From Myxococcota bacterium (GTDB taxonomy: Bacteria; Myxococcota_A; UBA9160; UBA6930), in the NCBI GenBank assembly GCA_965223705.1, contig OZ245015.1, positions 1,410,582 to 1,474,581 of the forward strand: a DNA stretch of 64,000 nt. Reading direction: 5' to 3'. The notes below the pieces were generated by a model. It saw only the letters and a list, made by a program, of their open reading frames with translations, searched no databases and was not told where the DNA came from. Position 1 is the first letter of the stretch, and each line of letters begins with the position of its first letter. A program made the position numbers and the translations under genes. Positions 1 through 7,552 of the stretch are shown here, piece by piece.

Positions 1-1
1 C

Positions 2-577
2 GCTGCCGAGGCGGCTTCTCTCCTCGCGGTGCGAGACGAAGCGCTCAGGCACTTGTTCGAAGGGATTTCCTACGCCCCGATGGCGAGCGTCGCGCTTCCG
101 GTGGACCCCTCTGACTCGCGCGAGCGAATTCACGGATTCGGGTTTCTCGTGCCCCGAGGCGCCGGCCTGCGGCTCTTGGGGGCGCTCTTCCCTGCACGCG
201 TGTTTCCCGACCGCGCGCCCGAGGGCCGCGAGCTCGTCATGGCCATGCTCGGCGGGACGCGCTGGCCCGGCGTGGTCGATGCGACGGACGACGCGCTCCT
301 CGAAAGCGCGACGATCGGGCTCAAGCGCACCCTCGGCGCCGGGGTGAAGCACGCCCCGCTCGCCGTTCATCGTTGGCCCCGTGCGGTTCCGCAACCCGGT
401 CCCGACCACCGTCGGCGAATCGAGGCGCTGCGCAAGGCGACCACCGCGCGTTGGCCCGGCTTACGCCTCGCTGGGTCCTACCTCGACGGCGTCAGCGTCG
501 GCGACACGCTCCTTTCCGGCGTGCGCGCCGCGCGCTCACTGATCGCCGCGAGTGAACCAACCTCCGAGCCACGCTGA
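2..577 (+). CDS. hemY: protoporphyrinogen/coproporphyrinogen oxidase (HemY family), C-terminal part; 5' end outside window
   Basis: The reading frame is open to the window edge. HGFGFLVPRGAGLRLLGALFP...ELVMAMLGG...LRLAGSYLDGVSVGDTLLSG resembles the C-terminal region of HemY-type FAD oxidases. Recognised from memory only. Confidence 0.6.
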   Translation, partial: AAEAASLLAVRDEALRHLFEGISYAPMASVALPVDPSDSRERIHGFGFLVPRGAGLRLLGALFPARVFPDRAPEGRELVMAMLGGTRWPGVVDATDDALLESATIGLKRTLGAGVKHAPLAVHRWPRAVPQPGPDHRRRIEALRKATTARWPGLRLAGSYLDGVSVGDTLLSGVRAARSLIAASEPTSEPR

Positions 578-1258
578 AACGACGAAGTAGTACGCCGGGT
601 AGGCGAGTGAGACGGACATGCAAAGCGCCGCGAGGCGGTGCCCCGCGGTCAAGAGTGCCCCAGTCACCAGCAGGAACCAGACCCCTCCGAGTACGCAACT
701 GATCGTCCGGAGACGCGTCATCCGGCTCGGGTAGATGAAGGGAAGCCGGGGGAAGGTCGCGACCGCGAGGAGAAGGACGAGCGCCGAAGCCACGCCAGCA
801 GGAACGTCGTACCACCACAAGTAGATCGCCACGACGTTCCAGTACGACGGAAAACCGAGAAAGAAGTGGTCCGCGGTCTTCGCGTCGCTTCGGCAGAAAC
901 CGTACGCGCTAGCGAGGACGACGACCGCGGCGATTCCGAGATGCGGGACCGCGCCGCTCCCGAGCATGAAGAACGCCGGAATCACCGTGTAGTTCAGGAA
1001 ATCGACGATATCGTCGAGGCGGCGTCCGTCGATATTCGGGAGCCATCGGCTCACCTCCGCCCGGCGGGCGAGGGCGCCGTCGACCGAATCGATGGCCATC
1101 GCCAGAAGCGACCACAACGCGGCCGCGCGAAAGTCGCCCGCGGCGATCGCCAACAGGCTCGCGACGCCGACGACGGCGCCGCTGGCGGTCAACGCGTGAA
1201 CCGCTCCGGCGGCGATCCGGCGCGCGAAGCGTGTCGTATTGGAGTCGCTATCTTTCAC
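536..1258 (-). CDS. pcs: CDP-alcohol phosphatidyltransferase, phosphatidylcholine synthase-like
   Basis: Polytopic membrane ORF of 240 aa. It carries the CDP-alcohol motif DSVDGALARR...GRRLDDIVDFLNY. The flanking patterns VHALTASG, IPAFF and DHFFLGFPSYWN resemble rhizobial Pcs. Confidence 0.7.
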   Translation of the reverse strand: MKDSDSNTTRFARRIAAGAVHALTASGAVVGVASLLAIAAGDFRAAALWSLLAMAIDSVDGALARRAEVSRWLPNIDGRRLDDIVDFLNYTVIPAFFMLGSGAVPHLGIAAVVVLASAYGFCRSDAKTADHFFLGFPSYWNVVAIYLWWYDVPAGVASALVLLLAVATFPRLPFIYPSRMTRLRTISCVLGGVWFLLVTGALLTAGHRLAALCMSVSLAYPAYYFVVSAWLGGWFTRGDQ

Positions 1259-1881
1259 TCGCCATGCGTTCCTGGAAGCGCCAGACCCCCGAGCGGGCAG
1301 CCTACACCGAACGAGCTTCGCAGGTCTTAACGCGCAGACTTCGAGAGCGCCAAGGGCCGGAATCGTTCATCACCAGCCGGATGGATCGCGCCGTCGCCTG
1401 GGCGCGCAAGTATTCGCTCACCTCGACGCGCTTCTCCGGCTCGTGTTGCGCGCTCGAACTCGACGCGGCGATGGGCCCGCGTTTCGACATGCCGCGCTTC
1501 GGGTGCACCGTGCCGCGGTCGCCGGTGGATGCGGCGGACCTGCTCTTCGTCACCGGCACCGTGACGCAACGCCAGGCGCCGCTGCTCAAGCAAGCCTACG
1601 ACGCGATGCCGGAACCGAAATGGGTCATGGCGATCGGAGCGTGCGGCTGCTCGGGCGGCATGTATGACAACTACGCGGTGGTGCAGGGGGTCGACACGAT
1701 TCTTCCGGTCGACGTCTACGTCGCGGGTTGTCCGCCGACGCCCGAGGCGATTCTCGACGGCCTGCGAAAACTGCAGGCTCGCATCCAGAGCGAGCGCGTG
1801 CCTCGGCACGGGCGCCATGCGGAAGCGGAAGATTTGCCGACACTCGAAGGTCCACGGCCCGGTCCGGGACCCGGCATGTAG
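1231..1881 (+). CDS. nuoB: NADH-quinone oxidoreductase subunit B-like (NuoB/20 kDa family)
   Basis: WARKYSL...FSGSCCALE...MAIGACGCSGGMYDNY...VYVAGCPPTPEAIL gives the four Cys ligands of Fe-S cluster N2. The start is uncertain: 1231, 1264 and 1381 are all in frame. No nuoA lies upstream. Confidence 0.85.
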   Translation: MSYWSRYLSLAMRSWKRQTPERAAYTERASQVLTRRLRERQGPESFITSRMDRAVAWARKYSLTSTRFSGSCCALELDAAMGPRFDMPRFGCTVPRSPVDAADLLFVTGTVTQRQAPLLKQAYDAMPEPKWVMAIGACGCSGGMYDNYAVVQGVDTILPVDVYVAGCPPTPEAILDGLRKLQARIQSERVPRHGRHAEAEDLPTLEGPRPGPGPGM

Positions 1882-1978
1882 TCGCCCTAAGCCCGGGGAA
1901 CACCGCGATGAATCGACCATCAAGCCCGGCGGGCTTCCAGCCGATTTGGAAGGGTATGACAGCGCTAGGAGGGCCTCT

Positions 1979-3382
1979 GTGAGTTCGGCTGTTCGGGCAG
2001 ATCTCGCCGTTCTCGGCGCCGGACCGGGCGGCTACGTCGCCGCGATCCGCGCCGCACAACTCGGACAGAAGGTCGTGATCATCGATCGCGATCGCCCGGG
2101 GGGTGTCTGCCTCAATTGGGGCTGTATTCCTACCAAAGCGTTGCTCACGGGGGCCGAATGGGTGGAGAATCTCCGTAAACACGGGGAGACCTTCGGCATC
2201 GGTGCTTCCGGAATCACGCTCGATTACGCGAAGGCCTTGGCGCACAGTCGAAAAACCTCCGACCGCCTCTGCAAAGGCGTTCAGTCGCTGTTCAAGAAGA
2301 ATCAAATCGAGTGGGTGCAGGGCGACGCGAGGCTCCGAGGTCCCCACGAGATCGACGTCGAAGGCGGCGCGACCTCATCCGTCGAGGCGGCTCAGATCAT
2401 CCTCGCGACCGGTTCCGAGGAGTTTGTCCCACCCGGGGTCGAAGTCGATGGGAGTCGGGTTTTGACGTCGCGCGAGGCCCTCGAATCGCCCGTGATCCCG
2501 GACCGCCTGGTCATCATCGGCGCCGGCGCCGTCGGGGTCGAGTTCGCCTATATCTACGCGACCTACGGCGCGCACGTCACGGTGATCGAGATGGCGGACC
2601 AGGTCTTGCCGGGGGCGGACGTCGAGGTCGGCGCAGCGCTGCAACGAGAATTCCGACGCAAGAACATCGAAGTGCGGTTGGGGACGCGATTTGAGGGCGT
2701 CAAGACGGGGAACGGTTCGGTGCAAGTCGCGGTGAGTCGCGAGGGTGTCGGCGAAGAAATCGAAGCGAACCAGCTGCTGCTCGCTATCGGTCGCCGTCCT
2801 CTCGCGGCCGATCTCGGTCTCGAAGCGGCGGGGGTCGCGACTGACGCCCGTGGCTTCATCGAAGTCGACGCCCAACTAAAGACCAGCGTGCCCAGCATCG
2901 CCGCGGTGGGGGATGTCGCCGGGCCGCCGCTCCTGGCGCACAAAGCCTCCGAGGAAGGGATTGCTGCCGTCGAGTTCGCGGCGGGCCACGACCGCGCGGC
3001 CCTCGACCACCGCAAGATTCCGGGCTGTATCTACGCGCAACCGCAAGTGGCCTGGGTCGGTCTGACCGAAGCGGAGGCGCGCGCGGAATACGGCGACGAC
3101 ATCCGCATCGGAAAATTTCCCTTCACCGCGTCCGGCAAGGCGATCGCATCGACACACACCGCCGGCTTCACGAAAGTCATCGCCGAGCCGCGCTATGGCG
3201 AGATCGTCGGAGCTCACATCATCGGTCACGGCGCGACCGAGCTCATCGCCGAGATCGGTCTCGCGATGACGCTCGAAGCGACGACCGCCGAGATCATCGG
3301 AACCTGTCACGCCCACCCGACCCTGGCGGAAGCGATCCTCGAAGCCACGCTCGCCGCCGAAGGTCGGAGTATTAACTTTTAA
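1979..3382 (+). CDS. lpdA: dihydrolipoyl dehydrogenase (E3)
   Basis: ADLAVLGAGPGGYVAA (FAD-binding), GGVCLNWGCIPTKALL (redox disulfide) and C-terminal HAHPTLAEA are present. I chose the in-frame GTG at 1979, about 9 nt after AGGAGG at 1964-1969. The track's 1664 extension is Arg-rich junk. Confidence 0.9.
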   Translation: MSSAVRADLAVLGAGPGGYVAAIRAAQLGQKVVIIDRDRPGGVCLNWGCIPTKALLTGAEWVENLRKHGETFGIGASGITLDYAKALAHSRKTSDRLCKGVQSLFKKNQIEWVQGDARLRGPHEIDVEGGATSSVEAAQIILATGSEEFVPPGVEVDGSRVLTSREALESPVIPDRLVIIGAGAVGVEFAYIYATYGAHVTVIEMADQVLPGADVEVGAALQREFRRKNIEVRLGTRFEGVKTGNGSVQVAVSREGVGEEIEANQLLLAIGRRPLAADLGLEAAGVATDARGFIEVDAQLKTSVPSIAAVGDVAGPPLLAHKASEEGIAAVEFAAGHDRAALDHRKIPGCIYAQPQVAWVGLTEAEARAEYGDDIRIGKFPFTASGKAIASTHTAGFTKVIAEPRYGEIVGAHIIGHGATELIAEIGLAMTLEATTAEIIGTCHAHPTLAEAILEATLAAEGRSINF

Positions 3383-3401
3383 GCCCTAAAGGGAGCCGTC
3401 C

Positions 3402-4730
3402 ATGTCTATCCCCGTGGAGTTACCGGAACTCGGTGAAAGTGTCGTCGAAGGCACCATCGCCCGTTGGTTGGTGAAGGAAGGCGATCGGGTCGAACTCGAT
3501 CAACCGGTCGTCGAAGTCACCACCGACAAGGTCGATGCGGAAATTCCCGCGCCGAGCGGCGGAGTGATCGAAGCCATCCTCGTGGCGGAGGGAGAGACCG
3601 TGGCCGTGGGTACGGTCCTCGCTCGGATCGACCCCGCTGCCGAGGCGGCCATCGCGAACACCGACGCGGTCGCGCAACCGGTGGCCGCACAAGCGCCCGA
3701 TGCCGCACCGAGTGCGCGGCCCACGCCTGCGGCGGCGCGTATGGCTGCCGAGCAGGGCACCGATCTCACCGGCGTCTCCGGAAGTGGCGTCGGCGGGCGC
3801 ATTACGAAAGACGATGTCGCAGCCCGCGCGGCGATGGAGACTCGCCAACCACCTGCTCCGGCTCCGCCCCCGGTTCAAGCGCAATCCGCACCGGTCGCGC
3901 CGCCGGCTGCGGCGGAAGAACGCCCCGCGCCGCAGGCCGCGTCGAACCAGGCGGACCGTCGTGTCGCCGCCGCCTCGGTGCCCGAACGCGAGCAAAAGCG
4001 CATGCCCTACGCGTCGGTCGATCTCGAAGAGGGGGATCGCGTGATTCCCATGACGCCGATCCGGCGTCTCGTCGCCGAGCACATGGTGTACTCGAAGCGC
4101 ACCAGCCCGCACGTCGGAACGGTTGCGGAGATCGATCTCGGCGGTGTCGTCGCCGTACGCGCCGCGAGCAAGGCGAAGTTTGAGGAGACCCACGGCGTCT
4201 CGTTGACGTACCTCCCGTTCATCGTGCACGCGACCGTGCGCGCGTTGCGCGAACACCCCCGGTTGAACGCTTCCGTGATTGAGGACGCGATTGTCGAGAA
4301 GAGAGATTTGAACATCGGCATCGCCGTCGAGACGGAGAAAGGCCTGGTGGTTCCCGTCGTGCGGAACGCCGACCGCTTGTCGCTCGCAGGCCTCGCCGCT
4401 GCGATCGAAGATCTCTCGACGCGGGCTCGAACGAAAAAGCTCACGGCGGATGATCTCAAGGGTGGGACGTTCACCGTTTCGAACCCGGGCCGGCACGGGA
4501 ACCTCTACGGGTTCGCGATCATCAATCAGCCCCAGGTCGGCATCCTTCGCATGGGAGAGATCGTGAAGCGGCCGGTGGTCCGGACCGTCGACGGTTCCGA
4601 CGCGATCGTCATCCGGCCGATGATGCATCTCGCCCTGTCGTACGATCACCGCGCAGTCGACGGCGCTCCGGCAAACGGATTCCTGTACCGGGTGCGCGAG
4701 ATCCTCGAGGAAGCCGATTTCGACCTCTAG
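3402..4730 (+). CDS. dihydrolipoamide acyltransferase (E2) of a 2-oxoacid dehydrogenase complex
   Basis: Three parts are visible: an N-terminal lipoyl domain (VEVTTDKVDAEIPAP), an Ala/Pro linker with an E3-binding segment (GSGVGGRITKDDV), and a catalytic domain (LALSYDHRAVDGA). Substrate specificity cannot be told from the sequence. Confidence 0.9.
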   Translation: MSIPVELPELGESVVEGTIARWLVKEGDRVELDQPVVEVTTDKVDAEIPAPSGGVIEAILVAEGETVAVGTVLARIDPAAEAAIANTDAVAQPVAAQAPDAAPSARPTPAAARMAAEQGTDLTGVSGSGVGGRITKDDVAARAAMETRQPPAPAPPPVQAQSAPVAPPAAAEERPAPQAASNQADRRVAAASVPEREQKRMPYASVDLEEGDRVIPMTPIRRLVAEHMVYSKRTSPHVGTVAEIDLGGVVAVRAASKAKFEETHGVSLTYLPFIVHATVRALREHPRLNASVIEDAIVEKRDLNIGIAVETEKGLVVPVVRNADRLSLAGLAAAIEDLSTRARTKKLTADDLKGGTFTVSNPGRHGNLYGFAIINQPQVGILRMGEIVKRPVVRTVDGSDAIVIRPMMHLALSYDHRAVDGAPANGFLYRVREILEEADFDL

Positions 4731-4794
4731 GCTCTCCGTCGATTGGCTCGGCGAAGTCGCGTACGACGCCGCGCTGGCCCGACAAGAAGCGGCT

Positions 4795-5382
4795 GTGGCG
4801 CAGCGAAGGGCCGGGGGAGGGCGCGATCGCCTGTTGCTCTTGACCCATCCGCCGGTCATCACGCTGGGGCGCGCTGCGAAACCGGAGAACCTTCTGACGC
4901 CTCGGGACGAGCTCGCGCGCCGCGGCATCGCGGTACACGAAGTCGCGCGGGGAGGCGACGTCACGTTCCACGGGCCGGGCCAGCTGGTTGGCTATCCCAT
5001 CTTCGACTTGAAGTCCCGCGGCGCGGCCGATGTCTACGAGTTCTTGCGCTCCCTGGAGGGGTGCCTCATCGAAGCGCTGGGCGCGATCGGCGTCTCCGGG
5101 GCACGGTGTGAGGGCCGCACCGGGGTGTTCGTCGAGAGCAGCGCGCCGCTGCGGAAGATCGCCTCCATCGGGATCGGAGTCCGTCGCTGGGTCACGTTTC
5201 ACGGATTCGCGCTGAACGTGACCCTCGACCCCGACGCGTTTCGCGACATCGTTCCCTGCGGCCTTCACGACGTCGAAATGACATCGGTGGCACGGGAGCT
5301 CGGGTGTGAGCCGGACGAAAGGCTCTTTACCGCGGTTCGAGACGAGGTCACCGAGGCGTTCCGCCGAGCCTTCGACTCGTAG
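4795..5382 (+). CDS. lipB: octanoyltransferase LipB
   Basis: HPPVITLGR, RGGDVTFHGPGQLVGYPI, KIASIGIGV and IVPCGL are present. LipB-like sequence (DWLGEVAYDAALARQ) continues upstream to about 4741, where there is no ATG, GTG or TTG. The real start may therefore precede 4795. Confidence 0.85.
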   Translation: MAQRRAGGGRDRLLLLTHPPVITLGRAAKPENLLTPRDELARRGIAVHEVARGGDVTFHGPGQLVGYPIFDLKSRGAADVYEFLRSLEGCLIEALGAIGVSGARCEGRTGVFVESSAPLRKIASIGIGVRRWVTFHGFALNVTLDPDAFRDIVPCGLHDVEMTSVARELGCEPDERLFTAVRDEVTEAFRRAFDS

Positions 5383-5436
5383 CGCGCGGCGCCAGACGCC
5401 GGGTCTCTGTCCCAGCCGTTCGTTACTCTGCAGCGC

Positions 5437-5979
5437 GTGGGGGGGCAGGTGATATCGGTAGGCGACCGCGCGAAGCGTCGCGAACCCTCGCTCGTCGGTT
5501 CCTTCCTTCGAGCGCTGTTCGTGGCGCTGCGTCGGGGTTGGCGGGCCCGTGCGAGCGGGCGCGGCGATCGGGGCCAAGCCGGTCTCGACTATCCCGATGA
5601 ATCCCGCACCGGTGCTTGTCTCGCGCGTGGAGTTCCCGTCCTCGTCGCCGGGCCGGCGGGCGCGCCCCGCTGCGTTCCCTGCTCGGCGTGCACCAGCGCG
5701 TGCCCGACCGATTGCATCGTGGTATGGCCCCAGGGTGGGGGCGTCGAAGCACCCGAGCGCTTCGAGATCGACATGTCGCGTTGTATCTACTGCGGCCTCT
5801 GCGAAGCGGTGTGTCCCGAAGAGGCCATCGTGCTGAGCAGCGAAGTCGCCATCGCCGACTACGAGCGGAGGTCGCTGCGTTTCGACCTGGCGAATCTTCT
5901 CGTACCCGAGGAGCTTCTGGACGACTCGCTGTCTCGCGCTCGCGCAACGCGATCCCAGGTCCGGGATCCCGCCGCATGA
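5437..5979 (+). CDS. nuoI: NuoI-like 2x[4Fe-4S] ferredoxin subunit
   Basis: Two CxxCxxCxxxCP motifs are present: CVPCSACTSACP and CIYCGLCEAVCP. The N-terminus follows the NuoI pattern (FLRALFVALRR...LDYPDE). The stop overlaps the next start as ATGA. Confidence 0.8.
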   Translation: MGGQVISVGDRAKRREPSLVGSFLRALFVALRRGWRARASGRGDRGQAGLDYPDESRTGACLARGVPVLVAGPAGAPRCVPCSACTSACPTDCIVVWPQGGGVEAPERFEIDMSRCIYCGLCEAVCPEEAIVLSSEVAIADYERRSLRFDLANLLVPEELLDDSLSRARATRSQVRDPAA

Positions 5980-6455
5980 GAGCGACGCTTGAGGCGCTAC
6001 AAGCCGCGTTGCCCTCCGCGGTCCTCGAGCGCCGCGACGCCCTCGATTGTGTGGAGCTTCGGGTCGCATCGCCGTTCATCGTCCCGCTGACGCGCTTTCT
6101 CCGCGATCGCGCGACTCCGCCCTTCTCAGTCCTCATCGACCTCACGGCCGTGGACTACCCCGAGAGAACGCCGCGGTTCGATCTCATCTATCAGCTCCTT
6201 GCCGTGGAGCCCGGCGTCCGCATTCGGCTCGTGTGTGAAGTCTCCGAGCGACCCGCCGAAGTGGATTCCATCCACGCGGTCTTCCCCGCGGCAAACTGGT
6301 TGGAGCGTGAAGTGTTCGATTTGTACGGCGTGCGCTTCCTGGGTCACCCCGACCTTCGACGGATCCTCCTCGACGCGTCTTTCGACGGTCATCCACTGCG
6401 GAAGGACTACGACAAACGGCGTCGCCAGCCCGTGCGTTCAGGGACGACGCGTTGA
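5976..6455 (+). CDS. nuoC: NuoC-like (30 kDa) subunit
   Basis: DLTAVDYPERTPRFDLIYQLL...ANWLEREVFDLYGVRFLGHPDLRRILL...GHPLRKDY matches the family. The ATG at 5976 overlaps the nuoI stop. The track's 5616 start is an Arg-rich extension. Confidence 0.85.
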   Translation: MRATLEALQAALPSAVLERRDALDCVELRVASPFIVPLTRFLRDRATPPFSVLIDLTAVDYPERTPRFDLIYQLLAVEPGVRIRLVCEVSERPAEVDSIHAVFPAANWLEREVFDLYGVRFLGHPDLRRILLDASFDGHPLRKDYDKRRRQPVRSGTTR

Positions 6456-7552
6456 CCGCGCCTCGTGACGAACTCGTTCTCGACCCGACACATCCCGCGA
6501 CGCACGGCGCTGTCTCTTTTCGCGTCGAGGTCGAAGACGAACACATCGCCGTCCTCGATCTCTCCGTCGGTTTCCTGCATCGCGGCTTTGAAAAAGAATG
6601 CGAAAGTCGTCGCTTCTCCGAGGCGATCCCCTACGCCGATCGCCTGAACTACCAATCTTCGGTGTTGTCGAGTCTCGCCTATTGCCTCGCGGTCGAGCGA
6701 TTGTTCGAAACACCGGTCAGTGAGCGCGCGGTTTGGCTGCGCACGTTCGCGGGTGAGCTCGCCCGAATCGCGGACCACTTGACGCGCCTCGCTGCGACGG
6801 CGGACGCGCTGGGTCTCGCCGCGGCGGTCGCTTACACGACGTCGGCGCGGGAGCTCATCTGGGACGCACTCGAGCTGCTGACGGGCGCGCGGGTGACCCA
6901 TCACTATCTTCGCATCGGCGGCGTCCGTGGGGACCTTACGCAAGCGGCCGACGCGTGCGCGCGATCCGCGCTCGATCGACTCGACGACTTCGTCGGAGAT
7001 TTCGAGCGCCTGACCAGTCGAAATCGCGCTGTGCTCGCTCGCCTGCGAGGGGTGGCTTCGATCGATCGGGACGTCTGCCTTCGCTACGGCGTGACGGGCC
7101 CGATTCTGCGAGCGAGCGGTTGTCCGCGAGATATCCGCAAGGACGAACCGTACCTCGCCTACCGCGACGTCGACTTCGACGTTCCCGTGGGCACGAACGG
7201 TGACAATGCGGACCGACTGCTCGTATGCATCGAAGAAGTGCGCCAGAGTGCCCGGATCGCGCTGCAGTGCCTCGACCGACTAGCCGACCTCGCTCCCGTC
7301 GACGAGAGGCGCCTCGACGAAACGCGAGCGCTACCCGCGGGCCAATGCTACGTCCCGACGGAATCCGCGAACGGTGAGCTCGGTTTCTTTATCGTCTCGA
7401 ACGGCGACGAGATGCCACATCGCGTTCGCTGTCGGGCACCGAGCTTCTTTCATGCGGCGGCGCTCTCGGAGATCCTCCGAGGAGAAGCAATTTCCGAACT
7501 GTCTCCGACGTTCGAGTTGTTGAACGTCGTAAGCGGCGAATGCGATCGATAA
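6452..7552 (+). CDS. nuoD: NuoD-like (49 kDa) subunit, no [NiFe] ligands
   Basis: HPATHGAVSF...VGFLHRGFEKE...YADRLNY...THHYLRIGGV...YVPTESANGELGFFIVS...RVRCRAPSF...VVSGECDR. There are no CxxC pairs at either end, so it is NuoD-type rather than a hydrogenase large subunit. The TTG start overlaps the nuoC stop (TTGA). Confidence 0.85.
   Translation: MTAPRDELVLDPTHPATHGAVSFRVEVEDEHIAVLDLSVGFLHRGFEKECESRRFSEAIPYADRLNYQSSVLSSLAYCLAVERLFETPVSERAVWLRTFAGELARIADHLTRLAATADALGLAAAVAYTTSARELIWDALELLTGARVTHHYLRIGGVRGDLTQAADACARSALDRLDDFVGDFERLTSRNRAVLARLRGVASIDRDVCLRYGVTGPILRASGCPRDIRKDEPYLAYRDVDFDVPVGTNGDNADRLLVCIEEVRQSARIALQCLDRLADLAPVDERRLDETRALPAGQCYVPTESANGELGFFIVSNGDEMPHRVRCRAPSFFHAAALSEILRGEAISELSPTFELLNVVSGECDR

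Noticed and set aside
1664-1978. Long N-terminal extensions offered by the ORF track. Examples are lpdA from 1664, the gldG-like gene from 15232, nuoC from 5616, the VanZ-like gene to 18847, rplE from 45075, rpsE from 46924, rplO from 47837 and pyrR from 60034.
   Set aside because: The extensions are Arg/Pro-rich, overlap the preceding conserved gene in another frame, and precede the point where family homology begins. Internal ATG or GTG starts with an RBS or a stop/start overlap fit better.
3420-6069. Minus-strand ORFs of 514 aa (3420-4964) and 486 aa (4609-6069) across E2, lipB and nuoI.
   Set aside because: They are antisense to genes with clear catalytic motifs, have Arg-rich low-complexity translations, and show no family signature.
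1231-7552. Interpretation of the NuoB/NuoD-like pair as a group 4 [NiFe] hydrogenase (small and large subunit).
   Set aside because: The NuoD-like protein has no N-terminal RxCGxC and no C-terminal DPCxxC. It ends ...NVVSGECDR, and the single Cys aligns one residue after the second ligand position. NuoB has the complex-I-type tandem CC. No hyp maturation genes or membrane subunits are nearby.
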